Position numbers and translations under genes: made by a program
The notes under the pieces: model-generated
What the model saw: only the letters and a program-made list of their open reading frames with translations
What the model was told of the DNA's origin: nothing
Database searches by the model: none
Source of the DNA: Octopus vulgaris
Taxonomy: Eukaryota
Assembly (NCBI GenBank): GCA_951406725.2
Contig: OX597818.1
Span: 110,298,001-110,362,000 of the forward strand
Reading direction: 5' to 3'
Length of the DNA stretch: 64,000 nucleotides
Shown here: piece by piece, positions 1 to 12,762 of the stretch
Layout: each line of letters starts with the position of its first letter
Position numbering within the stretch: position 1 is the first letter of the stretch

Positions 1-189
1 AGGGTTGTCCTAAATCAGATTTGCTTGGTTTCTATATTTTTGCGAGAAGACACAAAATTCCTGTCGAAACAAATTTAAAATTTCCTATTTCTAAAATTTA
101 TTTTTATAAATAGAAAATTGCTTTCCATCTTATTTTCACATCATTGTTTCTGATGTTCTGGCTTATCGCTAACACATCACCAATTTGGA

Positions 190-482
190 TTTATATATGA
201 ATATCATACATACATACATACATATATATATATATATAAACATATAAGTGTACGTATATATATACGCATACAATTCTATATATATATATCATATATACAT
301 ACAGGTACATGTATGTAATTATATAAATATACAGTATATATGTATATATATATATATATATATACACGTGTGTGTGTTTGTGTGTATCTTTAAATATGAA
401 TATTTACATATATACATATGTAAGTATTGATATATATATATATATTTGTGTGTATACGTATGTATAGATATGTATATATATG
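190..482. repeat. Compound (TA)n/(TACA)n/(TG)n microsatellite
   Basis: Direct reading; ORFs here are YI/CV repeat translations. Confidence 0.9.
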
Positions 483-504
483 AATAAATATTTTGTTAAT
501 GATG

Positions 505-652
505 GTAACCTTCATAAGCTGTTACTTAGAGTTTTCACGTAAACGATTGATGGAATTTTACATCATGAAGAGAACTTTGTGTCTTTCCCTACAATTTTGT
601 CTGATGATCGGTTACGTGAAACTCTGATTATCAGTTTGTGAAGTCTTTTAGC
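505..652. mobile_element. Short degenerate fold-back element with a hammerhead-like motif (Penelope-like terminal repeat relic)
   Basis: cttcataagctgttacttagagttttcacgtaaacgat is roughly the reverse complement of atcggttacgtgaaactctgattatcagtttgtgaag; right arm has CTGATGA..GAAAC at 601-622. Confidence 0.45.
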
Positions 653-952
653 TTTCATGAATTATAATATTTTACTCTACCTTATTGCACCTATGTGCTC
701 TCCCTCCCTAACACACACACACGCGCATACACACAAACGCACTTACACGCGCAGAGAAACTTAAATAGAGAAACAGACAGATAGACGTATATAAATATAT
801 GCATATATATATAAACATATGTATGTTTACTTATGTACATATATATATATATAGGTACATATATGTATAGTTATGTACATATATCTTTGTGTGTGTAGTG
901 TGTGAGTGTGTAAATTTTTGCATGTAAATGTATATATAGACACACATACACA

Positions 953-1001
<49 letters not shown>

Positions 1002-1132
1002 GATTGGTTTCATTGCCCACAAGAGAAATTCAGCAATTTGGCCAGGCAACGTGTGCTATAAGCACCGACCTAATATGCATAGTCGCCGGAGAAATTTACA
1101 AGGCAGGTCATTGAATACATTATCGCCGCAGC

Positions 1133-1168
<36 letters not shown>

Positions 1169-1389
1169 GTTAGTATGTTCTCGCCTGGATATTTTCTCTG
1201 TAACACGCAATTAAGGTAAATTAAGATGTTCTCTGTTCAGTTTATGTCTTGTATTATCCATACATAAATCTCCCTAAGGAGTTCTTCTCGAATTAAACAC
1301 TTAATGATTTCTTGTAAACCCCAGCAGGTGGTCTTATAGCCTTGGTTGGAAAACCACTCATCGCGGTGTATTTCTTCAATTTGAATGCC

Positions 1390-1479
1390 ATTCATATATA
1401 CATGACCACATACACATATATAGCTATACATATCCTTATGTATATATATATATATATATATATATGCATATATATATAC

Positions 1480-1526
<47 letters not shown>

Positions 1527-1930
1527 GAGATAGATAGATACATGTATACACATACATATATATATATATACATATATATTTTAACATGTATACACTAACA
1601 TACATATATATATATATATATACATAGATACGTAAATATGTATATATGTGCATCTGTATAGGTATTTATATATCCATACATATATAGATATACATACATA
1701 CATACATATACATACGTATATATATTTATATGTACATATATACATACAATACTTATGCAGATACATACACAGCTGTATGTATATATAAATATATACAGAT
1801 ATACATAAATACACACAAGGAGAAGATACGTCCATACAGTCTCTCACATATATGCATATACATACATGAGTACATGAATACCTACATATATACGTGCATA
1901 CAAATATACATTCTTGCACATATGCACACA
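1390..1930. repeat. Compound TA/CA/TACA microsatellite
   Basis: Direct reading. Confidence 0.85.
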
Positions 1931-2261
1931 CAGAAATCCATTTGTCTGTAATGCTGGAGAAACTACAGGATGGTGGAGAAAGAGGAAAGTGTGTGCGAGA
2001 TTGGAGAAAAGTGGAGGTTAGTTTTCAATTTGATTTACTCAGCTTCTACTTAGCAAGGATATATACAACTTCTACCTAATCAAATTTTACATTTCCTATT
2101 TCTAGAATATATGATTTTAAACTGAACAGTTTTTACGCTTTATTTCAGGTTTTCCTTTCTTTCACTGTTAGCTTTCCTTTTCACTTGTTCATGTATTTAT
2201 GTAAAGATAGTGGGGACGGGGCTTACGTATGCATTTTGTGCGTTCGTACTTATTTTAGATA

Positions 2262-2646
2262 TCTTTATACATAAAAGTCAAGTTGTGTGTCTGTCTCCTA
2301 CGATTTAGATTCCTAACTACTGCCACATTTTGCGGTGCAGTGTAACCAAAAGCGGGTATCTTATAGTCGTGATTCATATCGAGCCCTTCTGGGTATTAGC
2401 GCGCGTCTACGATGTCTCTACGATTTTAAAAATAATTTACCATCATTTTTTTCCATTCTAATGCATTTTTTTCGCTATTAATTAAGGGAAAAATGTGTAC
2501 GATGAGTCAACAATTAAAAAAAAAATTACCATCATTTGTTTTCCATTTTTAATGCATTTTTTGCTATTTTTTGACTATAACTCTCTAAAAATGCTTATAT
2601 AGTTATTTCCCTTACAAACCCGAGCAACGCCGGGCGATACTGCTAC
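2262..2646 (+). mobile_element. Non-autonomous Helitron
   Basis: 5' A|TCTTTATACATAAAAG; subterminal hairpin CCCGAGCAACGCCGGG (2619-2634); ends CTAC|T (canonical CTAG); no TSD; internal ~90-bp tandem duplication. Confidence 0.75.
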
Positions 2647-3654
2647 TATATATATATATATATATAAATGGTATGTTTTGAGAAAGGTCTAGGTTTTGTA
2701 TTATTTCTTTATGTGGTATAAGAAAAATAAAGAGACCCTTGATACAGCGGTTGCCGGTTTGCTCGACTGATCTTCCTTGTTCAACAATCAAATACAAACA
2801 CTTCTTCAGGCAAACTTTCATTTCTGTAGCAATTGCAAAGCTGATATTAGTTCTACCTTTTTTTACATGCATTTATGTATTTTAACATTGATCTTCACCG
2901 AAAATGAAGGCAAAGCCTCAATTTTTTCTAGCAGTTGTAGACCCTAGCATGAATCTATTTTACTTTTGGAAAAGAAATGGCAATGGATTCCTTGTTAAAT
3001 TAGACATAAGGGCAAAAAGACGATCTCATTGGAATATTCCGTTTGAAATGTTTACAACATCGGAGACAATTGTTCCGATCTCAGTCATAAACATCAGGCT
3101 TGACCCCACTTAGGACTTTGTGGTCCACTCAAAGGCAACGACAAAGGTAGCAGATACTTTGCCTAAAGCATGATCTTCAGCAACCCAGGGTGAGAAACAG
3201 AGGCGGATGTTCTCATATACTGAAGCCAGACTATCACAAGATATCTGCCGCTTTGTTTATCAAAAGTTCTTCGGCACATCTCCAACCTTTCTTCTTCCTA
3301 ACTATCGCTCATGAATCGCTTCGATTTTGGATTCATAATGACCATGGCGGAATTGGTTTAGACAGCATGTGTAAGACTTGTTGTCCCTCTCGCACGACTT
3401 CCATGTGGAGAAAGGCCGGAGTTTACAGACGTTGTAAAATCTTTCTCTGCTTTAGCTTTTCTTGTATCTTTTATGGCAGATTTTGACCAATTCTTAGTGT
3501 TTTGAAAAGATCGACGATCATCAAGATTGGTGAGATAATATTTTTTTTTGTGTGTGTATTATTATATAAATATTAATATGTATATATGACTGTGTATTTA
3601 TAGTTGATATAAAGAAATATTCGAATAAATAACTGATCTTAGGGTAGTTAGAAA

Positions 3655-3760
3655 GATAGAGAGAGAGAGAGGGGGTAGGAGAGACAGAGACAGAGGCAGA
3701 CAGACGGACAGATGGGGAGGTACGTAGGTAAGAAGGTAGGTAGGTAGGTTGGTAGGTAAG

Positions 3761-3831
<71 letters not shown>

Positions 3832-3929
3832 ATAGACAGACGGACAGACGGACAGCTAGCTACCTAGATAGATAGATAGAAACAGAGAGAGAGAGAGACA
3901 GAGAGACAGACAGACAGATATATATATAT

Positions 3930-4015
<86 letters not shown>
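3655..4015. repeat. (GATA)n/(GACA)n/(GGTA)n microsatellite block
   Basis: Direct reading. Confidence 0.9.
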
Positions 4016-4615
4016 CAGAGGGTTTGAGACATCACTGATGTATGTGAATATAAATACATGTTCTGCTGCAAACTTCCCGTTTTCTTTATTACAAACAATT
4101 AGCAAACGTCATAGATGTAATACGGCGTTAAGACTTGGGTCAGAGCTTCACAATATTTAGAGTCGATGTGATAATAGCGTTATGCATGAGCAAACATAGG
4201 TATTAAGTTAGAAGCATAGAACACAGAATGATAATAACCATTAATCACACACTTCTGTTCAAAGATTAACCGACGAATTCCATGCGTGTATCTTTACTTG
4301 ATTTGGCGGAGTAGTTGAGTGAAGATGCATACAGTTGTGTGTGTGTATATATATATATCTGTGTGTGTTTATGTGTGTACGTGAGTGCGTGTGTGCGTGG
4401 TATTTTAATACTTGGTTATAAGGGTAATCTGTTCATGTTTATCAAAAAGATAAAAGGCAATGCTTGATAAAGATATACGCAGACACAGACACACGCACAC
4501 ACACTTATATGTAGATATGTACGTTTGTGTAAGCACGTATATGTGACAGTTTAAATGTGTTTGTATATACATGTACAGCTCTTCATATACATACATACAT
4601 ACATACATACATACA

Positions 4616-4651
<36 letters not shown>

Positions 4652-4653
4652 TA

Positions 4654-4703
<50 letters not shown>

Positions 4704-4765
4704 GCAATGTAAGTATAACGTTTGTTCTGCTTATATTTATTTGTATTTATGTGCCTATCTGATAT

Positions 4766-4823
4766 ATTCAACTGACGAGGCAAAGCTTATATGAAGCAAA
4801 ACTAGAAATCCAGGATCTTGAAT
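4766..4823 (+). ncRNA. Degenerate type I hammerhead ribozyme motif
   Basis: Stem I ATTCAA/TTGAAT flanks CTGACGA...(G>A)AAAC-TAGAAATCCAG-GA-TC; G12 is lost and stem II is disrupted. Confidence 0.45.
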
Positions 4824-5027
4824 TATTCAGTAATATTTTTAGCTAGTCTATTTTGTCCCTCTGTCTTATCTCATGGTGCGATATGAACATTTAACGTGGT
4901 TCTTAGAGTCAGGGTTTTGACTGTTATTTCGGCATGGTGGTGTCTTTCAGACACCCTTATTTTTAGTTATATATATATATATGTATATACACACACAGAT
5001 ATGTGCATATATGTTCATAGCACATCA

Positions 5028-5639
5028 TATTTGTAAACAAATGCGAAAGGATTTGTAAGTTACGGAGAGAAAGCTACTATGGAAGACTCACAGTATCATA
5101 ACTGTATAATAATATATCATGATAATATTTTATTCTACGATTTGAAGCGACAGTTTTTCATATACAAACAAAAAACTGAACAATGATGAGCGAACCCCAG
5201 CCAGAATCAAACCCACAAGTTAACGCTAACACGGCACCTTGCGCATCCGATCGGGCCATCAATTTCAGCAAAATTTAGTTAATATATACTTAAACTGTCT
5301 AATACTACATATAATATTTGTAAACAAACGCGAAAGGCTTTGTAAGTTATTGTACTACGTATCTTCCATATTAGCTTTCTCTCTATAACTTACAGAGACT
5401 TTCGCGTTTGTTTACAAATTATGCCATTCTTTTGCCAATACCATATGTAGTATTAGACAGTTTCAATATATATTAACTAAGTTTGACTGAAATTGGTGAC
5501 CGTTTTGGACCAATCGTATAGGCAAGAAGCCGTGTTAGCGTTGATTTGTGGGTTCGATTCTAGCTGGGGTAAGCTCATCATTTTTCAGTTATTTGTTTAC
5601 CTAAAAATCGTTGCTTCAAATCAGAGAATAAAATATCAT

Positions 5640-5645
<6 letters not shown>
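5028..5645. mobile_element. Fold-back element with tRNA-like A/B boxes and direct plus inverted terminal repeat
   Basis: 5113-5312 is an inverted copy of ~5440-5645; tttgtaaacaaacgcgaaagg..tgtaagtta occurs direct at 5030 and 5317 and inverted at ~5386-5418; GGTTCGATTCT B-box at ~5551. Confidence 0.6.
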
Positions 5646-5702
<57 letters not shown>

Positions 5703-5806
5703 CATGTATATAAATGTGTGGATATATATATGCGTGTGTGTATATATACATATATAAAAATATATATATATAGGTGTATATATCATTTTAATTAAATTAC
5801 ACCGAT

Positions 5807-6074
5807 GTCTGATTTTCACGTTCTTTATTATTGTATTTAAAAATTATTTTGCAAAGTTGAAGTGTGTTAAACAAAAAAGCAGTCAGTCATTTTGCTACAG
5901 TTGTCAAGGACTCGACTCAGCTGTCAGTCAATACATTTTGAAATCTATGATTACTACGAAAGTATGAGAGCGATAATTGAGCTTTACGAACATTACTAAA
6001 TATTTTTTATGCTTAACACACTTCAACATTGCAAATTTTTGTTAAATATAATAATAAAAACGTGAAAACCAGAC
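5807..6074. mobile_element. MITE with ~70-bp terminal inverted repeats
   Basis: gtctgattttcacgttctttattattgtatttaa..tgcaaagttgaagtgtgttaa vs ttaacacacttcaacattgcaaa..ttaaatataataataaaaacgtgaaaaccagac. Confidence 0.65.
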
Positions 6075-6145
6075 TATTCAACTAATATATTATTTATTCA
6101 ACTGATATATTATTCTATACACATTTACACAAATCGCAAATTCGG

Positions 6146-6188
<43 letters not shown>

Positions 6189-6500
6189 AGAAAACGAGAG
6201 AGAAGGAGACTGTTGGAAGAATAGGGAGATGAGGAAAAGAGACCCAAAGTTATATCTATGTTAATGTATACGACATTTAGAATGACATACCTTACAATAT
6301 CAAATTATCACATTAAAAATCACCTGCAACATACCTCATGTAGCAGGTGATTTCGATGAATGTATGTGTTTGTGTGTATATATGTGTGTGTGTGTATATA
6401 CATATACATATGAATATAGATGTGTGTGTGTGTATGTATATATATATATATATGTTATATGCTCACATATGTACTCCTTTATATGTGCGTGTGTTTCTAT

Positions 6501-6552
<52 letters not shown>

Positions 6553-6587
6553 TTATATATATATGTATGTATATATATATAAGTAGT

Positions 6588-7385
6588 CGTCAACGAGGTT
6601 ACCTCTTGGGATACGCAAATAATGAGTGGTCTCCAACAGTGCACTGTCTTGGCGGCCAGTTCTATTCGTGGTGGATTTCTCAGACATGCTCTCAGATGCT
6701 TAGATAACCTCTCTTACTAGCTTTGTACATGATACAAAAGTCTGTCAGAGGATACACTTACAATAGATTTGGAAGCAATATGTTAGTGGACCGAGGACAA
6801 TAACATGCAGTTTAATGCGGGAAAATGCCGAGCCCCACTCTACCAACACACGAAGCTGATGAAAAGCGAACGGAATACACTGGCCCAGAATCAAATTGAC
6901 ATAAATAATGATGCATCTTTCTGGGTGCATATCACTAAGTCTGCAATAAAATAAAGACAGTTAGCCGGATATATCTTTAGAAAATTCAGAATAAGACAAC
7001 AGAAATCCATGAGAGTTCTCTGGAGGACATATGTCGTTAGGGTTTTAGACTACAGCTCCTAACTATGGTCAGCACGCAGTGGAAAATTAATGACGGAACT
7101 CGATGCAATTTAGCGAATCTACAGAAAGAAGACCATCTCAATGCGACATGTCAGATACTGAGAGACTGAAAAGGTTAAGACTAACCCTTAAAACAAAGGC
7201 AGGAAGGTATGCAGTACTATATAGATCTGAAGAATCCTAGAACTTGAACAAAATTTTGGTATTGAAGGTCACACAGACAACTGAACGGGGCGACACGGCA
7301 TGGTACTAAAAATCCCGACATTCCATCACGATACAGGACCAGATACAGCAACAGCTTGGGTTTCAAGGACCCACAGCATCAAGGA
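6588..7385 (+). pseudogene. Decayed CR1/L2-like LINE reverse transcriptase
   Basis: Broken frames give SGLQQCTVL (SGVPQGTVLGP-like), FVHDTKV (FADDTK-like), WTEDNNMQFNAGKC and LDYSS*LWS; multiple stops and frameshifts. Confidence 0.8.
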
Positions 7386-7613
7386 GCCTCACATTCGATA
7401 CTGTGTGTTTATTTATTTTGGTAGTTTTGACTTTAAGAATCCCTCCTAGCATGTGGCATTTATGTATAGTAATGCCTTCAATATAAATAAATATGTATAT
7501 TTAAGAGAAAAATTGATAAATTTCTCTATGAGGTTTGTCACGCTAACTACTTGATAAGATCTTATAAAGATTTTATCCTATTTTTAAATTGAAAAAATAT
7601 ATATATATATATA

Positions 7614-8032
7614 GGCACAGGAGTGGTTGTGTGATAAGTAGCTTGCTTACAAACCACATGGTTACGGGTTCAGTCTCACTGCGTGGCACCTTAGGCAAGT
7701 GTCTTCTACTTTAGCCTCGCGCCAACCAACGCCTTGTGAGTGGATTTGGTAGACGGAAATTGAAAGAAGCCCGTCGTATATATATATTTATGTGTGTGTG
7801 TGTGTGTGTTTATGTGTGTATGTTTCTGTGTCTGTGTTTATCCCCCAACATCGATTGACAACCGATGCTGGTGTTTTTACGTCCCCGTAACGTAGCAGTT
7901 CGGCAAAAGAGACCGATAGAATAAGTACTAGGCTTACAAAAGAATAAGTCCAAGGGTCGATTTGCTCGACTAAAGGCGGTGCTCCAGCATGGCCGCAGTC
8001 AAATGACTGAAACAAGGTAAAGAATAAAAGAA
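7614..8032 (+). mobile_element. tRNA-derived SINE family A, full length
   Basis: Head ggcacaggagtggttgtgtg..ggttcagtc; central (TA)(TG) tract; tail ..gactgaaacaag..aaagaataaaag; many paralogues in the window. Confidence 0.85.
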
Positions 8033-8165
8033 TATATATATATATATATATATTTGATATATTTGAAAGTCTCCACATAATTTACATAATACAATTTTAT
8101 GTGTGTATGTATGTTTATATGATATAATATAATATTACATAGTGTATAAATATATATATATATAT

Positions 8166-8399
8166 CACGTGATCACGTGACCGACCAGTCCATCAGATGT
8201 AGTTACACATCGCTGGTGCCAATGCGTTCGCATTGTTTTAGCCTTCAAATGACGCCACCCCGCTGCTAAGCGAGCAGGCCAACAGAAGAAAGAGTGGGAG
8301 AAAGAATGGTGAAAGAGTACAGCAGGGATCACCACCCCCTGCCGGGGGCCTCAACGCACACAACGCCCGGTCTGGGAATCGAAACCGCGATCCTACGAT
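8166..8399 (-). mobile_element. tRNA-derived SINE family B, internally deleted
   Basis: Reverse complement contains tcgtaggatcgcggtttcgattcccagaccgggcgttgtg, shared with the 11826 and 17252 copies. Confidence 0.7.
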
Positions 8400-8406
8400 A
8401 TATACG

Positions 8407-8407
<1 letters not shown>

Positions 8408-8500
<93 letters not shown>
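8408..8500. repeat. (TA)n
   Basis: Direct reading. Confidence 0.95.
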
Positions 8501-8505
<5 letters not shown>

Positions 8506-9009
8506 TTTGTGTGTATATTTGCATGTATTCCAACAGAGAGATCTTACATACAACATGCAGTATCTATGCAGACGTTTCTCTATGAAGCAATGTCTAACGC
8601 ATGAATATATTTAATATTCCTTATTCGTAATACGTAATTTCTTTCCAACGGAGTGCATTCAACTGGAAATATATAATCTACATTATTATCTCTGATAGTA
8701 ATCTTCTTAAGTACACTTCTGCTTCTAGCATTATCTCTACTCTATTACCGGATCATTCTGCTACAGCAATGACCGGATCACTCTACTCAGTTCAACCAGA
8801 TTAGGGGCAGTGTTCAGCCATTTTATTTAGTTTTTTTTTTATTTTAACGTTGTCTGAGTATAAGATAACATTTCTGATTTAATCTTATCTTGGATTGCTG
8901 AATTCTGATCAGTGATATGAAAATAAATTATACATGGAAGAAGCTACATTACACATATTCTGGCGTGTTCATTCTATATATATCCGCATATAAACATACA
9001 GATCCCGCT

Positions 9010-9040
<31 letters not shown>

Positions 9041-9201
9041 GAGTGTGTGTGTGTGTGTGTTTGTATGCTTGTGTGTGTGTGTGTGCGTGCATGTGTGCAT
9101 GTATGTGTGTATGTGTGTGCGTGTGTGTGTTTGTGTGTGTCTGTGTGTGTTTGTGTGTGTCTGTGTGTGTTTGTGTGTGTGTTGTGTGTGTGTGTGTGTG
9201 T

Positions 9202-9264
<63 letters not shown>

Positions 9265-9265
9265 T
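9010..9265. repeat. (TA)n-(TG)n microsatellite
   Basis: Direct reading. Confidence 0.9.
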
Positions 9266-9339
9266 TGTACGTATTTATGTACACCAAATCTTAGTAAAAT
9301 CATTGCATTGGTTCGCAGCACTTGCAACTTACTCTGAAA

Positions 9340-9845
9340 TGTCTCAAACAGATTCAGTAAATGGTAACAAAGGCTTTGGAACGTCAGGGGAACGGGCCTG
9401 GCTTGGAAGGTGTGTCAGTATGTCAGAGGCTGAATCCGATCCTCATCCTGCCACTGTGGTAATCTTAGCGATATTTTTACGTGCACAATTTGTGACAGAC
9501 CATGTCTTTCTTTTGCTGGGCTCAAATCTCATTTGCAGACCTGTGAAAAACAAACCTCCACTAACTACTCTGCCTACCTATCTGTGTATATCTGCCAATG
9601 CCATGTATGCCATAAGGTCTGCAAATCCAACGGAGGCCTCAAAAGACATTTTATAATAAAAAAAGACCAGAACTTAACTGCAGCTCTTGGTGGTCCAAAG
9701 CAGATATGCAATCTGCGTGGGTGTCTTTTCAAAACATTGTCTGGTTTAAAAAGCCACATCAGATGCCATGATAGATCTAAGGTGTGAGTACAAGAGGGGG
9801 TCAGACACTGCATAAGAAGTAGACAACCACTAAGTATGTATGTAA
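9340..9845 (+). pseudogene. LINE 3' end (RTE-like) with three C2H2 zinc-finger relics
   Basis: CTICDRPCLSFAGLKSH, CHVCHKVCKSNGGLKRH and CNLRGCLFKTLSGLKSHIRCH across a frameshift; short 3' UTR ending in a (TATG)n tail. Confidence 0.55.
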
Positions 9846-10077
9846 ACTGCATTCCATATGTCGTGGCTAACCTGGATACAATGTTAAACGACTGAGATAT
9901 TCATCTTGAGAAAACATGTCACACAGACGTGTGGTACGAAAAGACAAAAAAGAATAGCTAGAACACACGAAAGTAGACCGGCATCAGATTTCATCGAAGT
10001 ACTGCTGATTGCTTTAGACTCGTCTGTAATAGCGACGAAGTATAGACACCAATCATTCCACTGTAAGTGGTACGAAA

Positions 10078-10180
<103 letters not shown>

Positions 10181-10345
10181 AGATAGTTTTTCGAACGCAG
10201 AGTCGCCATTCGAACAGCAGAAATACTGCTTAAAACATCATCTGCTTATTTGTATCGTACAATGCACATTTCAACGCTTCTTAATAAAAAACAAAACAAA
10301 TATTTGTTTGTTTACAATTAACACATATATTTGATATATATATAT

Positions 10346-10380
<35 letters not shown>

Positions 10381-10793
10381 GGCGCAGGAGTGGCTGTGTG
10401 GTAAGTAGCTTGCTTACCAACCACACGGTTCCGGATTCAGTCCCACTGCGTGGCACCTTGGGAAAGTGCCTTCTACTATAGCCTCGGGCCGACCAAAGCC
10501 TTGTGAGTGGATTTGGTAGACGGAAACTGAAAGAAGTCTGTCGTATATATATATATACATGTATATATATGTGTGTGTGTGTGTTTGTGTATTTGTCTTT
10601 GTCCCCCCCAACATCGCTTGACAACCGATGCTGGTATGTTTATGTCCCCGTTACTTAGCGGTTGCGGTTCGGCAAAAGAGACCGATAGAATAAGTACTCG
10701 GCTTACAAAGAATAAGTCCTGGGGTCGATTTGCTCGACTAAAGGGTGGTGCTCCAGCATGGCCGCAGTCAAATGACTGAAACAAGTAAAAGAG

Positions 10794-10794
<1 letters not shown>
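10381..10794 (+). mobile_element. SINE family A, full length
   Basis: Closely matches the 7614 copy; flanked by (TA)n. Confidence 0.85.
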
Positions 10795-10831
<37 letters not shown>

Positions 10832-10936
10832 GTGCGCATAGTATAAGAGTAGTGTCCATAACTAAATCTACTGGCTTTTTTCCAATCTAAATAAATGTAC
10901 AGTGATTCCACAACTCGAATTATTTACCACTGAAAT

Positions 10937-10978
<42 letters not shown>

Positions 10979-11647
10979 CTGTATCTATCTATCTATTTAT
11001 CTCTTTCCTCTACTAATAAATTAACACTCTCAACGCCATCAAACCGTTTCAAGTTGAAAATTTCAACAGACACACAGTCAAGCGTGTACAGACGTATCGA
11101 CGAACACACAAACACTATATATAACGGCAACAAAGCGTTTCAAACACTACAAAGACTGAGAAATCTAGAAATACAACAACCAATCACATCTCGTCTTTTG
11201 AATCAAATAAACATCAGTGAAATTTATGAATGCCACACAGACAGAGACAAAGAGACATTCGCCTATATCAGACACGCGAAAGTAGACATTTTACTCCAAA
11301 AGAAAAACTGTCCAAACAAATTCAGAATCGCAGAAACAAACCAATATAAAAATTTAATTAGAATACAGGTCTTTTTTTTTTTCATTGAATAATTTGATGC
11401 CATAAGAAATAGCTTACTTCCATTGTCATTTAAAATTCCCCGTATGTGGGTGGAATATATAACGCAACCCATATACCCGGAAGAGACTTGATATTGCAAA
11501 AGACGAAGCAGAATTTTTGCAAAATATAGTGATTATGGTATTTATATATGTATATGTATTACGTGTCTTTGTGTGTGTGTGCGCGCGCACACACCTACAT
11601 ATGTATATTGTATACACACATATATACACACACACACACACACACAT

Positions 11648-11707
<60 letters not shown>

Positions 11708-11825
11708 TTATATATATATACTAATATATGTGTGTGTATATATATGTGTGTGTGTGTGTGTATATATACATATACGTTAATGATATGTATACATATAGTG
11801 TGGGTGTACATGTATATTTTATAAG

Positions 11826-12204
11826 TGGAGGCGCAATGGCCCAGTTGTTAAGGCAGCAGACTCACGGTCGAAGGATCGCGATTTCGATTCCCAGACCGGG
11901 CGTTGTGTGTGTTTATTGAGCGAAAACACCTAAAGCTCCACGAGACTCCGGCAGTGGGTGGTGGCGAACCCTGCTGTACACTTTCGCAACGACTTTCTCT
12001 CATTCATTTTTCCTGTTTCTGTTGTACTTGTATTTCAAAGGGGGACAGCCTTGTCACATTCTGTGTCCCGCTGAATCTCCCCAAGAACTACGCTAAGGGT
12101 ACACGTGTCTGCGGAGTGTTCCACTTGCACGTTAATTTCACCAGCAGGCTGTTCCGTTGATCGGATCAACTGGAACCTTCGTCGTCGCAACCGACGGAGT
12201 GCCG
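11826..12204 (+). mobile_element. SINE family B, full length
   Basis: A box TGGCCCAGTTG, B box TTTCGATTCCC; tail gttccgttgatcggatcaactggaacc..ccgacggagtgcc shared with the 17252 copy. Confidence 0.8.
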
Positions 12205-12224
12205 CGATATTTTTAATGCGCAAA

Positions 12225-12487
12225 TTTCTGTTGATTGTTTTCAGCCATCACCATCACCACTACCATCGCCACCACAACTGCCATACACACACCATTCAGA
12301 CTTCTGAGGCGACCACCATCAATACTTTTGACTTTGCCGCCTTCCCCTCCACCACCATCACCACTGTCTTTCACATCGCTTACTATCACCGTCATCCATG
12401 ACTGACCACCATCACCATCATCACCGTTGCTTCAGCTTTTATATCACAACTACAGCTCATACTATTACTCTCACCCCATTACCATCA
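12225..12487. repeat. 263-bp (CAC/CAT)-rich segment duplicated at 18197-18459
   Basis: Near-identical by eye (3 substitutions seen). Confidence 0.9.
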
Positions 12488-12567
12488 AAATTAAGTGATG
12501 TATTTCGAGAAGGTCGGTTTGCCAATAAACTTATTACATTTCTATTTCTTCTTTTAATATCGGTTTC

Positions 12568-12762
12568 TAGTTTTGACACAAGGCCAGCAATTTCGGAGTG
12601 GGAATGATGTGTAAGTCGATCACATCGACACCAATATTCAAATGGTGCTTATTTTATCGTTCACGAAAGGAAGAAAGGCAAAGTCGACCTCGGCGTAAGT
12701 CGGAAGAAATTCTAGTAACCATTTTGTTCGGAACAGTAACGATTCTGCCAGCTTGCCGCCTT
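12568..12762 (-). mobile_element. SINE family D, diverged
   Basis: Reverse complement of ggcggc..gctggcagaatcgtta..gaggtcgactttgcc. Confidence 0.65.

Noticed and set aside
1237-1390. Minus-strand peptide GIQIEEIHRDEWFSNQGYKTTCWGLQEII
   Set aside because: No recognisable family or clear splice sites; the ORF start is in a microsatellite
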